NCBI GenBank assembly: GCA_965261085.1
Contig: OZ253442.1
Span: forward strand, 128,001-192,000
Direction: 5' to 3'
DNA from: a bacterium
GTDB lineage: Bacteria; UBA8248
Length of the DNA: 64,000 nucleotides
Each line of letters starts with the position of its first letter. Positions within the stretch are counted from its first letter, which is position 1. Of the stretch, positions 48,279 through 58,995 are shown piece by piece. The notes under the pieces were generated by a model. That model worked only from the letters and a program-made list of their open reading frames with translations. It did not search any database and was not told the origin of the DNA. Both the position numbers and the translations under genes were made by a program.

Positions 48279-49037
48279 TTGGCGAACGGGCAGCAACCAG
48301 GGCTGGAACTGGAGAGCGTCACCAAGCATTTCGGCGGCCTCCACGCCGTCGAGGACGTGAACCTGCGCCTGAACCTCGGCGAGCGGCGGGGAATCCTGGG
48401 GCCGAACGGAGCGGGGAAGACAACGCTCTTTCACCTGATAACGGGCGTGCTTCCGCTCACCTCGGGCCGCATCCGCCTTTTCGGGCAGGACGTCTCGGGG
48501 TGGCCCACCCACAAGCGCGTGGCCTTGGGCATGGCGCGCACCTTCCAGATCACCAGCCTGTTCCCCAAGCTCACCGTGCTCGAGAACGTTCTGCTCGCCG
48601 TGCAGGGCTTGCGGAAGATGAAGATGATGATGCTGAAACCCCTCTCCAAGTACAAGGACGTGTATGAAAAAGCCGAAAAGCTGCTCAGCGACGTCAACTT
48701 CTGGCATTTGAGAGACCAGGAAGTCCGCAACCTCTCCCACGGAGAACAGCGCCAACTCGAAATCGTCCTCGCCCTGGCGAGCGACCCCAAGGTTTTGCTT
48801 CTCGACGAACCCTCCGCCGGCCTGGCCACGGGAGAATCCCACGAAATGGCCAATTTCCTGAAATCACTCGATCCGGAAATAGCCATTCTCATCATCGAGC
48901 ACGATCTGAACGTCATATTCGAGGTCGTCTCCCACATCAGCGTTCTGCACTACGGCGAAGTTCTCGCCGAGGGGCCCAGCGACGACATCCGCAACGACCC
49001 CAAGGTGCAGGAAATCTACCTCGGAAAGGCGGAATGA
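48279..49037 (+). CDS. ABC ATP-binding protein (LivG-like)
   Basis: GPNGAGKTT, RTFQ, LSHG, LLDEP and EHD. Confidence 0.92.
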   Translation: MANGQQPGLELESVTKHFGGLHAVEDVNLRLNLGERRGILGPNGAGKTTLFHLITGVLPLTSGRIRLFGQDVSGWPTHKRVALGMARTFQITSLFPKLTVLENVLLAVQGLRKMKMMMLKPLSKYKDVYEKAEKLLSDVNFWHLRDQEVRNLSHGEQRQLEIVLALASDPKVLLLDEPSAGLATGESHEMANFLKSLDPEIAILIIEHDLNVIFEVVSHISVLHYGEVLAEGPSDDIRNDPKVQEIYLGKAE

Positions 49038-49038
49038 C

Positions 49039-49749
<711 letters not shown>

Positions 49750-49984
49750 AAAAACCCCTCGCAAAACGGAATGTTTTCATAGTATGGTTGGACAGTTGTG
49801 TCGGAAGTGAAACAGATGAACGAAGAGGTGCTTCCACCAGGGCGTTTCCGAAGTTTCATACCAGGAAACGAGTTCGAACTCTGGCGCACCTCTGCCCATC
49901 ACCCGAAGAAAACCAGGCCGCGGCGAGAGAGTCGTGGACCCGAATCGGTGACCTGCCGCCGCACTCAACCGCTATGCCAGGGCG

Positions 49985-52375
49985 ATGACTCTCGTGCAAT
50001 TGGATCGCTATATCAACGCCATTCTTCGCCACCGGTGGCCGGTGGTCGCGCTGGCCGTATTGATCATGCTGGTCACGGGAGTCGGCGCGCTCTTCATCAC
50101 CGTCACGAACAATTACCGCATCATGTTCGGCGAAGACAATCCGCAACTCGCCGCTTTCAAGGCGCTGGAGAACACTTTTTCCACATCCAACATGGCGATC
50201 ATCGCCATCGCTCCTCGAAAGGGCTCGGTTTTCACCCGCGAGGCGCTCCGCGCTCTCGAGGAGTTGACGGAAGCCGCTTGGCGAACGCCTCATTCCAGAC
50301 GGGTCGACTCCCTTACGAATTACACGCATAGCCGCGCGCAGGGCGATGAATTGATCGTCGAGCCGCTCGTCGACGACGCGCGCTCGCTGAGCAATGCCGA
50401 CATCGCGCGAATCAGGAAAATCGCGCTTGAATCGGCCGATCTGGCCGGACGTCTCGTCTCCCGTGACGAGCGCGTGGGCGGGCTGGTGGTCACTTTCGTC
50501 CTGCCCGACAACATGTACGCCGCCGTGCTCAAGATAAACGACTATCTGAACGCCCTTCTGAAGCAATCCCGCGCGAGACACCCGGACATCGCCTACTACA
50601 TGAGCGGCGACGTGATCATCAACCACGCCTTCGCCGAGGCGACTTTCGATGATTTCGTCACCCTGGGTCCAATCGTGTTTCTCATGATCATCGTCACCAC
50701 CACCCTTCTCCTGCGCTCGCTTCTCGGCACAGTGTCCATCATCGTCGTGATCGGGTTCGTCGTCACGACCACCATGGGAATCGCGGGCTGGCTCGGTACG
50801 GTGTTCAGCCCCGCCAACGCCGGTGTACCGACCATCGTCATGGCGACATGCGTCGCCCACTCGGTCCACATCATCACGACCACTCTGCTGGGTATGGGCC
50901 ATGGGTTGGACAAGGATGCGGCGATTGCCGAATCGCTTCGCAGCAACGCCTGGCCGGTGTTTCTGACCTCGCTCACGACCGCCGCCGGATTCTTGAGCTT
51001 GAACTACTCGGATTCGCCTCCATTTCGCATCCTGGGCAATCTCGTGGCGCTCGGCGTGGCGTGCGCCTTCATCTATTCGGTGACCCTGCTGCCGGCGCTG
51101 CTATCGTTTCTGCCCTTGCGCGCGCGCCGAATTCCCTCCGATAAATCCCTGTTCTTCGATCGCTTCGGCGCATTTGTGGTCAGGCGTCGCGCGTTTCTGC
51201 TCTCGTTCGTCGCCATTCTGACGCTCGTTCTCATCAGCGGCATTCCCCGCAACGAGTTGACCGAGAGGTGGGCGCACAACTTCGACGAACGCTATCAATA
51301 CCGGCGCGACACGGATTTCATCTCCCAAAACCTGACCGGTCCCAATTTCCTGGAATACGCGCTGAAAGCGGGGCGCGAAGGCGGCATCACCGACCCCGGA
51401 TACCTGAGAAAAGTCGAGGCATTCGCCGAATGGTGCCGGAAACAAACCGAAGTGACCCACGTCCAGGCTTTTTCGGACATCATGAAGCGCCTGAACAAGA
51501 ACATGCACGGCGACGACCCGGCCTTCTACCGGCTGCCCGAAGACTCCAGGCTCGCCGCGCAATATCTGCTGCTCTTTGAGTTTTCGCTTCCCTTCGGCAT
51601 GGACCTCAACAACCGCATCGACGTTGCGAAATCCGCGACGCGCATGACCGTCGTGCTGCGCAGCCTCTCCTCCCGGGACCACCGCGATTTCGACGAGCGC
51701 GCACAGGGCTGGCTCCGCGCCAACATACCCGAATTTGCGGACGAGGCGTCAGGCATCACCATGATCTTCGCGCATCTTGCCCTGAGAAATATCCACGGCA
51801 TGCTTCGCGGCACGATCATCGCCATGCTGCTCATCTCTTTCCTCCTGGTCCTGGTTTTCAGAAGCGTCCGCCTGGGCCTCATCAGCCTCGTGCCCAATTT
51901 CATTCCCGCGGCCATGACCTTCGGCCTGTGGGGCTATCTGGTCGGCCGGGTGGGTCTCGCCGGCTCCGTGATGACCACCATCGCATTCGGTATCATCGTG
52001 GACGATACGATTCACTTCATGAGCCGATATCTCAAAGCCCGCCGTATGGGCCTATCCGCGCCTAAGGCCGTGCGCGCCACCTTTCGAATCGTGGGCCAGG
52101 CGCTATGGACGACGACCGCGGTCTTGACGCTCGGTTTCCTGGTATTCGCCTCATCGGGATTCGAGCCCAGCAGGGCGCTCGGCCTGATGGTGGCGATCAC
52201 GCTCGTCTTCGCGCTCCTGGCCGATTTTCTGCTTCTGCCGACCCTGCTGATGGCCATCGACCGGAAGGAGCTATCTCATCTCACGCCCGGGGCAAAGGGT
52301 TCGAGATTGCGAGTAAATTCCGCCGGGGAATTTGGGCGAACGGAGAAACCGGAAAACCCATCCGGGATCGGCTGA
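49985..52375 (+). CDS. MMPL/RND family transporter
   Basis: Two repeats of TM, periplasmic domain and 5 TM; LTSLTTAAGF and GIIVDDTIHF. Confidence 0.9.
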   Translation: MTLVQLDRYINAILRHRWPVVALAVLIMLVTGVGALFITVTNNYRIMFGEDNPQLAAFKALENTFSTSNMAIIAIAPRKGSVFTREALRALEELTEAAWRTPHSRRVDSLTNYTHSRAQGDELIVEPLVDDARSLSNADIARIRKIALESADLAGRLVSRDERVGGLVVTFVLPDNMYAAVLKINDYLNALLKQSRARHPDIAYYMSGDVIINHAFAEATFDDFVTLGPIVFLMIIVTTTLLLRSLLGTVSIIVVIGFVVTTTMGIAGWLGTVFSPANAGVPTIVMATCVAHSVHIITTTLLGMGHGLDKDAAIAESLRSNAWPVFLTSLTTAAGFLSLNYSDSPPFRILGNLVALGVACAFIYSVTLLPALLSFLPLRARRIPSDKSLFFDRFGAFVVRRRAFLLSFVAILTLVLISGIPRNELTERWAHNFDERYQYRRDTDFISQNLTGPNFLEYALKAGREGGITDPGYLRKVEAFAEWCRKQTEVTHVQAFSDIMKRLNKNMHGDDPAFYRLPEDSRLAAQYLLLFEFSLPFGMDLNNRIDVAKSATRMTVVLRSLSSRDHRDFDERAQGWLRANIPEFADEASGITMIFAHLALRNIHGMLRGTIIAMLLISFLLVLVFRSVRLGLISLVPNFIPAAMTFGLWGYLVGRVGLAGSVMTTIAFGIIVDDTIHFMSRYLKARRMGLSAPKAVRATFRIVGQALWTTTAVLTLGFLVFASSGFEPSRALGLMVAITLVFALLADFLLLPTLLMAIDRKELSHLTPGAKGSRLRVNSAGEFGRTEKPENPSGIG

Positions 52376-52440
52376 AATGCATATTGCGCTGATGAACGAA
52401 TTTGATAAGATGTTCAGGAAATGGAAAGAAGTTGTAAGGA
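52321..52440 (+). repeat. Dispersed approx. 115-bp repeat, copy 1 (promoter-like)
   Basis: CGCCGGGG..GGGCGAACG..GGAAAACCC.TCCGG.ATCGGCTGAAA..TATTGC..GTTGTAAGGA; also at 60433-60543. Confidence 0.75.
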
Positions 52441-52505
52441 GCCGTGAAACAAATAATTACAGGTAAGCATTCAAGAGGGTATTTTAACGGCTTTTCGAAA
52501 GGATT

Positions 52506-52745
52506 GCCCGAAAAGAGGGGCTTTCGTCGCCCGAGGCCGTGCGGTCAGTCTTTCGCACCGCAGGCCATGCGTTATGTATGACAACCGCTGTTTTTGCCCT
52601 GGGTTTCGTGGCTTTCGCCGTATCGGGATTGGCAAATGACAGGGCGCTCGGCCTCCTGCTCGGGATAACGATTGTTATCGCGCTCGTGGCCGATTTTCTG
52701 TTTCCGCCGACTCTGCTGATGGCCATCGACCGGAGAAAAAAATGA
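52506..52745 (+). pseudogene. C-terminal fragment of another MMPL paralog
   Basis: ARKEGLSSPEAVRSVF...ADFLFPPTLLMAIDR matches the end of 49985-52375; its stop overlaps the next ATG. Confidence 0.8.
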
Positions 52746-53560
52746 CCCACGCTCATCCCGCCCGCACTACGCTCCTGCTTCTCGCGATCTGCGCTTGCGT
52801 TCTGGTTCATCCGCTTGCCCCGCCGCACGCAGAGGGCGCGACGCCCGAAGAAATAGGGCTGAAGATCGCTAGCGAGACCCGCGAGAAAGCGAAAGGTTTT
52901 GGGAATTTCACGGCTGAGCAGAGCATGGTGCTGCGCAACAAGCACGGGCAGGAGAGCAGGCGCCGGCTCCGCGTGAAGGTTCTCGAGACGGACGGAGAAG
53001 GCAACAAGAGCCTGTTCGTCTTCGATCGCCCGCGCGACGTCAAAGGCACCGCGCTGCTCGTCCACACACACAAGAAGAAGAACGACGATCAATGGCTCTA
53101 CCTGCCCGCTCTCAAACGGGTCAAGCGCATCAGTTCGTCGAACCAGCCCGGCTCCTTCATGGGAAGCGAATTCGCTTATGAGGACATGGGCACCCAGGAG
53201 GTGGAGAAATACACCTACCGCTACCTGCGAGAGGAGCCTTGCGGCAAACTGACATGCACGGTCGTCGAACGCTTCCCGAGTAGCAAGAGGTCGGGCTACC
53301 GGCGCCAAATCGTCTGGCAGGACAAGGGCGAACTTCGCGCCTGGAAGGTGCAGTACTACGACCGGAAGAACTCACACTTAAAAACGCTCACGCTGGTGAA
53401 ATACAAGAAGTATCTGGATCGCTACTGGCAGGCCGGCGAAATGAAGATGGTGAACCACCTGACGGGCAAAAGCACCGTGCTGAGCTGGAAGGACTACAAG
53501 TTCCGCACCAACCTCAAAGACCGCGACTTCACCCGGACCGGGCTGAAACGGGTGCGCTGA
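52742..53560 (+). CDS. LolA-like outer-membrane lipoprotein-sorting protein
   Basis: Signal peptide; PRDVKGTALL, DDQWLYLPALKRVKRI and FMGSEFAYED. Confidence 0.88.
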   Translation: MTHAHPARTTLLLLAICACVLVHPLAPPHAEGATPEEIGLKIASETREKAKGFGNFTAEQSMVLRNKHGQESRRRLRVKVLETDGEGNKSLFVFDRPRDVKGTALLVHTHKKKNDDQWLYLPALKRVKRISSSNQPGSFMGSEFAYEDMGTQEVEKYTYRYLREEPCGKLTCTVVERFPSSKRSGYRRQIVWQDKGELRAWKVQYYDRKNSHLKTLTLVKYKKYLDRYWQAGEMKMVNHLTGKSTVLSWKDYKFRTNLKDRDFTRTGLKRVR

Positions 53561-54804
53561 TGCCGCTGCGCGCCGCTCTTCACCGCGCGGTGCTCGCCGC
53601 CGTCCCCATCCTGGCCGTTTTCCTTCTCGCCGGGTCGAGCCAGGGGGCCGAAAGCATCGAGCACGAACTCTCCGGCAGCCTGGACGTCGACAGCCGGTGG
53701 TATCCCCAGGACGCGGCCCATCCCGGCCAGCGCGCACATGTGAGCGGTTTCGCCGCCGAGCCGAATCTCCATCTCAAAGATGAGGGCAACTGGAGTTTTA
53801 CTATCGCGCCGTTTTTTCGCTACGACGGGGCGGACTCGCGCCGCACCCACGCCGATCTGCGCGAAGCCTATCTCTTGGTGTTTGGTGAAATCGGCCATGG
53901 GGAATGGGAGTTACGACTGGGTGTGGACCGCGTGTTCTGGGGAGTCACCGAATCGCAGCACTTGGTCGACATCATCAACCAGACCGACCTCATCGAACAT
54001 CCGAACAAAGAGGCCAAACTGGGCCAGCCCATGGCCCACCTCACCTGGTCCACAGAGTGGGGCATCCTGGAACTCTTCGCCCTGACCTATCACCGCGCGC
54101 GCACCTTCCCGGGCCTCCATGGCCGCCTGCGCTCCTCGATTCTCATAGACGATGAACACGTTTCATACGAGAGCGCCGCCAAGGAGTGGCGCGTGGACCT
54201 CGCGGCGCGCTACAGCCACAGCTTCGGGCCTTTCGACTTAGGGTTCAGCGTATTCGAGGGCACCAGCCGGGAGCCTTTTTACATGCCGCGCGTGGACTCT
54301 ACCTTAAGTCAACACTACGAGCAGATACGCCAGTTCAGCGTGGACGCCCAACTCACCGTGGAGTCGTGGCTGTTCAAGCTCGAGGCCCTTCACCGCGAGG
54401 GCGCGCGAAACCTCCGGGGCGTGAAAGAGGACTACGCCGCTTTCGTTCTGGGCGGCGAATACACCTTCAACTCCATCTGGGGCTCGGCCGCCGACCTCGG
54501 CCTGCTCGCCGAATGGAATCACGATGAGCGGCGCGAGCATTCGAACTCCGAGTTCCAGAACGACTTCTTCCTCGCCGTTCGCCTGGCGCTTAACGACAAC
54601 CAGAGCACGGAGCTCATCGCCGGCATTCTGGCGGATATGGACCATACCACGCGCACCCTGAGCGTCGAATTGAGACGCCGCCTTTCGAATCAGTGGTCCC
54701 TGAAGCTCGAAGCGATTGTTCTCATGGAGGTCGACGAAGAGGACATCATCTATGACACGAGGCGGGACAGCTTCGTGGCGCTGAACGTAACGTACAACTT
54801 CTAG
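53560..54804 (+). CDS. Outer-membrane beta-barrel protein
   Basis: Signal peptide, LREAY, VFWG, amphipathic beta strands, C-terminal YNF. Confidence 0.8.
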   Translation: MPLRAALHRAVLAAVPILAVFLLAGSSQGAESIEHELSGSLDVDSRWYPQDAAHPGQRAHVSGFAAEPNLHLKDEGNWSFTIAPFFRYDGADSRRTHADLREAYLLVFGEIGHGEWELRLGVDRVFWGVTESQHLVDIINQTDLIEHPNKEAKLGQPMAHLTWSTEWGILELFALTYHRARTFPGLHGRLRSSILIDDEHVSYESAAKEWRVDLAARYSHSFGPFDLGFSVFEGTSREPFYMPRVDSTLSQHYEQIRQFSVDAQLTVESWLFKLEALHREGARNLRGVKEDYAAFVLGGEYTFNSIWGSAADLGLLAEWNHDERREHSNSEFQNDFFLAVRLALNDNQSTELIAGILADMDHTTRTLSVELRRRLSNQWSLKLEAIVLMEVDEEDIIYDTRRDSFVALNVTYNF

Positions 54805-54931
54805 GGTGGGTTTTTCTTGCGCCTCTGCGCCCTATGGAGTTGCCCCGTTTCGGTGGGCACCTTCGGACTGTGCGCAGGAGGTGTTCAGATGCCGAAAACC
54901 CACCCGCCCCGGATCCAGAAGCCATGGTGCG

Positions 54932-56638
54932 TCAGACGGGCAGTTCGCGCTTCTGCCCGGCGATGAGGAACTTCAGCTTTTTGCTCGGTTTCATCGACGG
55001 AAGCGGGCTGAACCGGAGCTTATAGTTCGCGGGGGACACCTCGAGGGTAAAGTAATGCGCGATCATCAGCACGTTGACGGCCAGTTGCAGTTCCACCCAC
55101 CGGGAGCCGAGACACGTGTGCGTGCCCAGCCCGTACGGCGCGTACCCGGGGCTACGGTGCTCGTTGCGTGGAGGCAGATAGCGGTCGATATCGAATGAGT
55201 AGGGGTCCGGGAAGACGTCGTCCATGTAATGCGAGGCCGTCTGGGCAATGTAGATCCGTGACCCCACCGGTAGTTCGTAACCCTCGACCACAAACGAATT
55301 CATCACGTCTCGCATAGACATCGGGACAATCGGGTACATGCGCAGGCACTCCATGAGGAAGCGGTGCGTGACGTCGATCGCGGATGGGGTGAAGTCCTCG
55401 CCATCCGGATCGCCGTTGCCAAGGGCATCGGCTTCACTCCGGATTCTGTCGTAGAGCGCGGGCTGTGACGCCATGGCGTAAACCGCGAAGCTAAACGCAT
55501 CGCCAAGGTACACGCTGGCAATCAGCGCTGCCGATAGAGCGAAACGCAGATTCGACTCCGGCACCAACTGCGGATCGCTCGCGTGCAGGCTTAGCAGGTC
55601 ATCCGCAAGGTTCCGCGGGCAACCTGCCCGCTGGGCGGGCGTATGGCCGCTCTGGATCCGTTCCAGCAACGTGTCGACGGCTTTCGCCCGGCGTTTCATT
55701 CCCGGGGTCTTCAGCATGAATTTGGGCAGGGCTTTTACGATGTGGGTGTTGAGCGCCCGTTCCTTGTAGGTCATCAGATCGTCGATGATATCCTGCGAAT
55801 CAACGCTGACGGAGAGAGGTGAGATTTGCGCGTTAATCATCCGTCGGCACATGCGCGTAGCAGGGTAGGAGTCACCAACCGCCCAATCCGCCATGAATTT
55901 ACGGGCGTGATGGTAGAGTTGGTCCAACTGACCCGCCAGTCTCCCGCGTGAATACGCCGGCGACATAGCCTTGCGAAGCCGGAAATGATCGGCGCCATCG
56001 AGGGAAGGCAATACTCCGGACGCACCATAGGCTTTTTCGAAGTCGGCAAAATAGTCCTTGGCCCTCAGGTACATCCGCCCGTGCCGATGCCTCCAGCGGT
56101 TTATCCGTGGCCCGGCGAGGAAGATCATGGGTTTCGCAAACGGCCGACGGATTTTGAACACCGGCCCATACTTTTTTGCAAGGTCTGTAAAGATCGCGGG
56201 AATGTTGCCAGTACGCAGATGTGGATTGAGCAGCAGCCGATGAAGCGAGACAGTCGGAATATGCTTGTTCAGGGAGGAACGTCGAAGCATCGGGCTGGCG
56301 ATATTGTGTTCGACCGCATCGGCTATGGAACGGCCGATCAGGTCCATCTTGCAGATGAACTCGATGCGCTCTTCCGCCACTTCATCAAGTTCGAATATGA
56401 AGCGAAAGACGTCGCACGTATTGACCAGGCAAATTATGATGATTTCTCTCGGAGCAGGAATCGTGGCGTTAAAGATATACTCGCTGATACGCGTTTTGAT
56501 GAACTGACCTGCATTGTCTTCCTGGGAGTCGCCGTCCAAGCCCGCGTGCCGGGTAGCAGGAGCCAGCGTCCAGAACTCGCCGTCATGGTGTTGCAGGATA
56601 TCGAGATCAACCAAGCGGTCCAGAGGTACGGACATCAT
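54932..56638 (-). CDS. Cytochrome P450 with an N-terminal GPP34 (GOLPH3)-like segment, probably 5'-eroded
   Basis: ECLR (ExxR), FDIDRY, heme motif YGLGTHTCLG; approx. 115 extra N-terminal residues (IKTRI...IPAPREIIIICL...DLIGRSI). Confidence 0.8.
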   Translation of the reverse strand: MMSVPLDRLVDLDILQHHDGEFWTLAPATRHAGLDGDSQEDNAGQFIKTRISEYIFNATIPAPREIIIICLVNTCDVFRFIFELDEVAEERIEFICKMDLIGRSIADAVEHNIASPMLRRSSLNKHIPTVSLHRLLLNPHLRTGNIPAIFTDLAKKYGPVFKIRRPFAKPMIFLAGPRINRWRHRHGRMYLRAKDYFADFEKAYGASGVLPSLDGADHFRLRKAMSPAYSRGRLAGQLDQLYHHARKFMADWAVGDSYPATRMCRRMINAQISPLSVSVDSQDIIDDLMTYKERALNTHIVKALPKFMLKTPGMKRRAKAVDTLLERIQSGHTPAQRAGCPRNLADDLLSLHASDPQLVPESNLRFALSAALIASVYLGDAFSFAVYAMASQPALYDRIRSEADALGNGDPDGEDFTPSAIDVTHRFLMECLRMYPIVPMSMRDVMNSFVVEGYELPVGSRIYIAQTASHYMDDVFPDPYSFDIDRYLPPRNEHRSPGYAPYGLGTHTCLGSRWVELQLAVNVLMIAHYFTLEVSPANYKLRFSPLPSMKPSKKLKFLIAGQKRELPV

Positions 56639-56933
56639 GGCCTCGCTGTCCGGCGGCTCATAGCCGCGGCAAACCCGCCGGTTCTATGGGCGGTTGTTGA
56701 CTGGAGATGGATCTCGATCTTCGCAACGCGGCTTGCGCATGAGAGCGTTAGTGAGTATGTCAGGGCCTGTACATGAAGCGATCTGACCCGCAATCCAATC
56801 GACACAGCCAGGCCAGGTGGGCCGGCCGGCGACTGCTTTGACGAGGATCGAGGCGGAGAAGAGACCGGATTGCATCGCTTCATTGAGCGATTTTGGAGAT
56901 GAGTTCGAGTCGACCTGAACACGAGGAGAGTCC

Positions 56934-57860
56934 ATGAGATTGATTTCACATCGGAAAAATTTTCGTAATCGAATGATCGTTGCGGTGGCCGCCCTCGCCG
57001 TGTTCCTTCTGCCGGCGTTCGCAACCGATGCGCGCGCCGCGGATTCGGGTGCGAAAGCGGCGGATTCGAAATGGTACGCCAGTTTTAACGTGCCGGTCAT
57101 GTTCATCGACGACTCGGTGAGCGTCTCGGCAGGCACCGCCCCTGGCCCAGACGGCACGCCAAACCAAGTCCCGTACACTTCGAACGCCACCAACGAGTAC
57201 GATACGGGGTTCAGGATCAGCGGCGCCGTGGGCTATGAATTCGGCTCTGGCTTACGTGTCGAGGGCGAGGTGTTCTTCGCCAGGGCCGACGTCAGCAAGC
57301 TGACTTTCACCGGAATCTCCAGTCCCTTGTTGCAAAAGTTTCCAAATGCCGAAGTTCCGCCCAGGGACATCCCCATCTCCGGCCCTGCGGGCCAATTCGG
57401 CGGCATGCTGAACGTCTGGTACGACTTCAGCACCGCTTCGCGCTGGAAACCCTACCTCGGCGGCGGCCTCGGCTTCATGCGGGTCAACCAGGGCGACCTG
57501 GAGTATGACCCCCGAGGACCCGCGATAGCGATTGCGGAAGCGGCTGCGCTGGCAAGAATTCCTCCGAACCTGCCTCCACAGGCCCTAGAACCAGCCCGAC
57601 AACAAGCCCTGAGCATGGCCCGGGATAGTGTGCCCCCGGGGACCATACCCGAGGTTTCCGGCACCGACACGGGGTTCGCCTATCAGATCGGCGTGGGGCT
57701 TGGCTACGAGTATTCCGACACCATTACCTTCCAGGTGGGCTACCGCCTGTTGAAAACCAGCGAGTTTGAGTTCACCGGCCAGAATGCGGCTGCAACGGTC
57801 AAGGCGACGACCGATTTGCAAGTGCATCTTTTCGAGATAGGGATACGCTATCGATTCTAG
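56934..57860 (+). CDS. Opacity/OmpA-like outer-membrane beta-barrel protein
   Basis: Signal peptide, GAVGYEF..GLRVEGE, MLNVWYDF, PYLGGGLG, FAYQ.G.G.GY, terminal RYRF. Confidence 0.85.
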   Translation: MRLISHRKNFRNRMIVAVAALAVFLLPAFATDARAADSGAKAADSKWYASFNVPVMFIDDSVSVSAGTAPGPDGTPNQVPYTSNATNEYDTGFRISGAVGYEFGSGLRVEGEVFFARADVSKLTFTGISSPLLQKFPNAEVPPRDIPISGPAGQFGGMLNVWYDFSTASRWKPYLGGGLGFMRVNQGDLEYDPRGPAIAIAEAAALARIPPNLPPQALEPARQQALSMARDSVPPGTIPEVSGTDTGFAYQIGVGLGYEYSDTITFQVGYRLLKTSEFEFTGQNAAATVKATTDLQVHLFEIGIRYRF

Positions 57861-57945
57861 GCGTCAGGTCTAGCCTTACGACCTCTCGCGACGCCTTGCT
57901 CATAGGCGAAGTCACAGCCTTAAAGCCAGGGGATGACGGATACCG

Positions 57946-58977
57946 ATGAAAGCCGGTCGAAACGAGCTAAAAGACCTGACTTCGCTTTCTCCATTTCCGG
58001 AAGGCTGGTACTTCATCGCCGGCCGAAAAACGATAGAGAAGAAAAAGCTGATTCAAAGAACCTGGATGGGTGAGCAAATCGTCGTCTGGTGCGACGAGGA
58101 GGGACGCATCTGTGTGGCCGAGGATCTCTGTCCGCATCTGGGATCGGAACTCGGGCCCGAAGTCGGGGGCGTGGTGCGCAACGGTTGCCTCGTTTGTCCT
58201 TTTCACGGGTTCGAGTACGACGCCACCGGTCAATGCGTTGCGACGCCCTACGCGCCGGCGCCCAAGACCGCCAGGCTGAAGGTGTTCGAGACGCGCGAAA
58301 TTCTGGGCCTCGTCTTCGCCTGGTGGGGCAGCGGCGGACGGCCGCCGCAATGGAGCCTTCCGGAAGCGCCGAGCGGAACCGACTGGTCCGAATTGGAAAC
58401 CTGGAGCGTCCGGTTCCCGGGGCATCCTCAGGAAACGACCGAGAACTCCGTTGACGACGGACATCTGCGCTACGTGCACGGCTACAACAGTGTGAACCGG
58501 ATCGGATCGATAGAGGTGGACGGCGCCTACCTCAAGGGTAGCTTCGACTTCAAGCGAACCCAGACCATCGCCGGGATAAAGGTCTACGTATACGATGTTT
58601 CCGCCGTCACCCACGTGTACGGATTAGGCTATTCGTACGTCGAGGTTCGCGAGCATGGCATCGGCATGGATACGCGTCTGTGGGTGCTCGCAACGCCCAT
58701 CGACGGCAATGTCGTCGAAATGGTGCTGGTCAGCCAGGTGAAGCGAATACGGAAGCCGAAGCGGCCGATCATCGGCATGCGCTTCCTGCCGTCCGGCCTG
58801 CGCACCTGGCTCATGAGCAAAATCATCATAGCGGCCCTGAAGCGGGACGTTTTAATGGACGTCGTCATATGGGGCAGAAAACATTATGCGCCTCGTCCCC
58901 GCCTGTGCGGCTCGGACGGGGAGATTGGAGTATTTCGGCGTTATTGCGAGCAATTCTATCCGGATAGTCCGGATTGA
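57946..58977 (+). CDS. Rieske [2Fe-2S] oxygenase (Neverland/DAF-36 cholesterol 7-desaturase / KshA-like)
   Basis: FPEGWY, CPHLG...CPFHG, ENSVD.GHL.YVH and DV.IW..K.Y...P.L...DG.I..FRRY..QFY. Confidence 0.8.
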   Translation: MKAGRNELKDLTSLSPFPEGWYFIAGRKTIEKKKLIQRTWMGEQIVVWCDEEGRICVAEDLCPHLGSELGPEVGGVVRNGCLVCPFHGFEYDATGQCVATPYAPAPKTARLKVFETREILGLVFAWWGSGGRPPQWSLPEAPSGTDWSELETWSVRFPGHPQETTENSVDDGHLRYVHGYNSVNRIGSIEVDGAYLKGSFDFKRTQTIAGIKVYVYDVSAVTHVYGLGYSYVEVREHGIGMDTRLWVLATPIDGNVVEMVLVSQVKRIRKPKRPIIGMRFLPSGLRTWLMSKIIIAALKRDVLMDVVIWGRKHYAPRPRLCGSDGEIGVFRRYCEQFYPDSPD

Positions 58978-58995
58978 GTTCAGACGGACGAGGCG

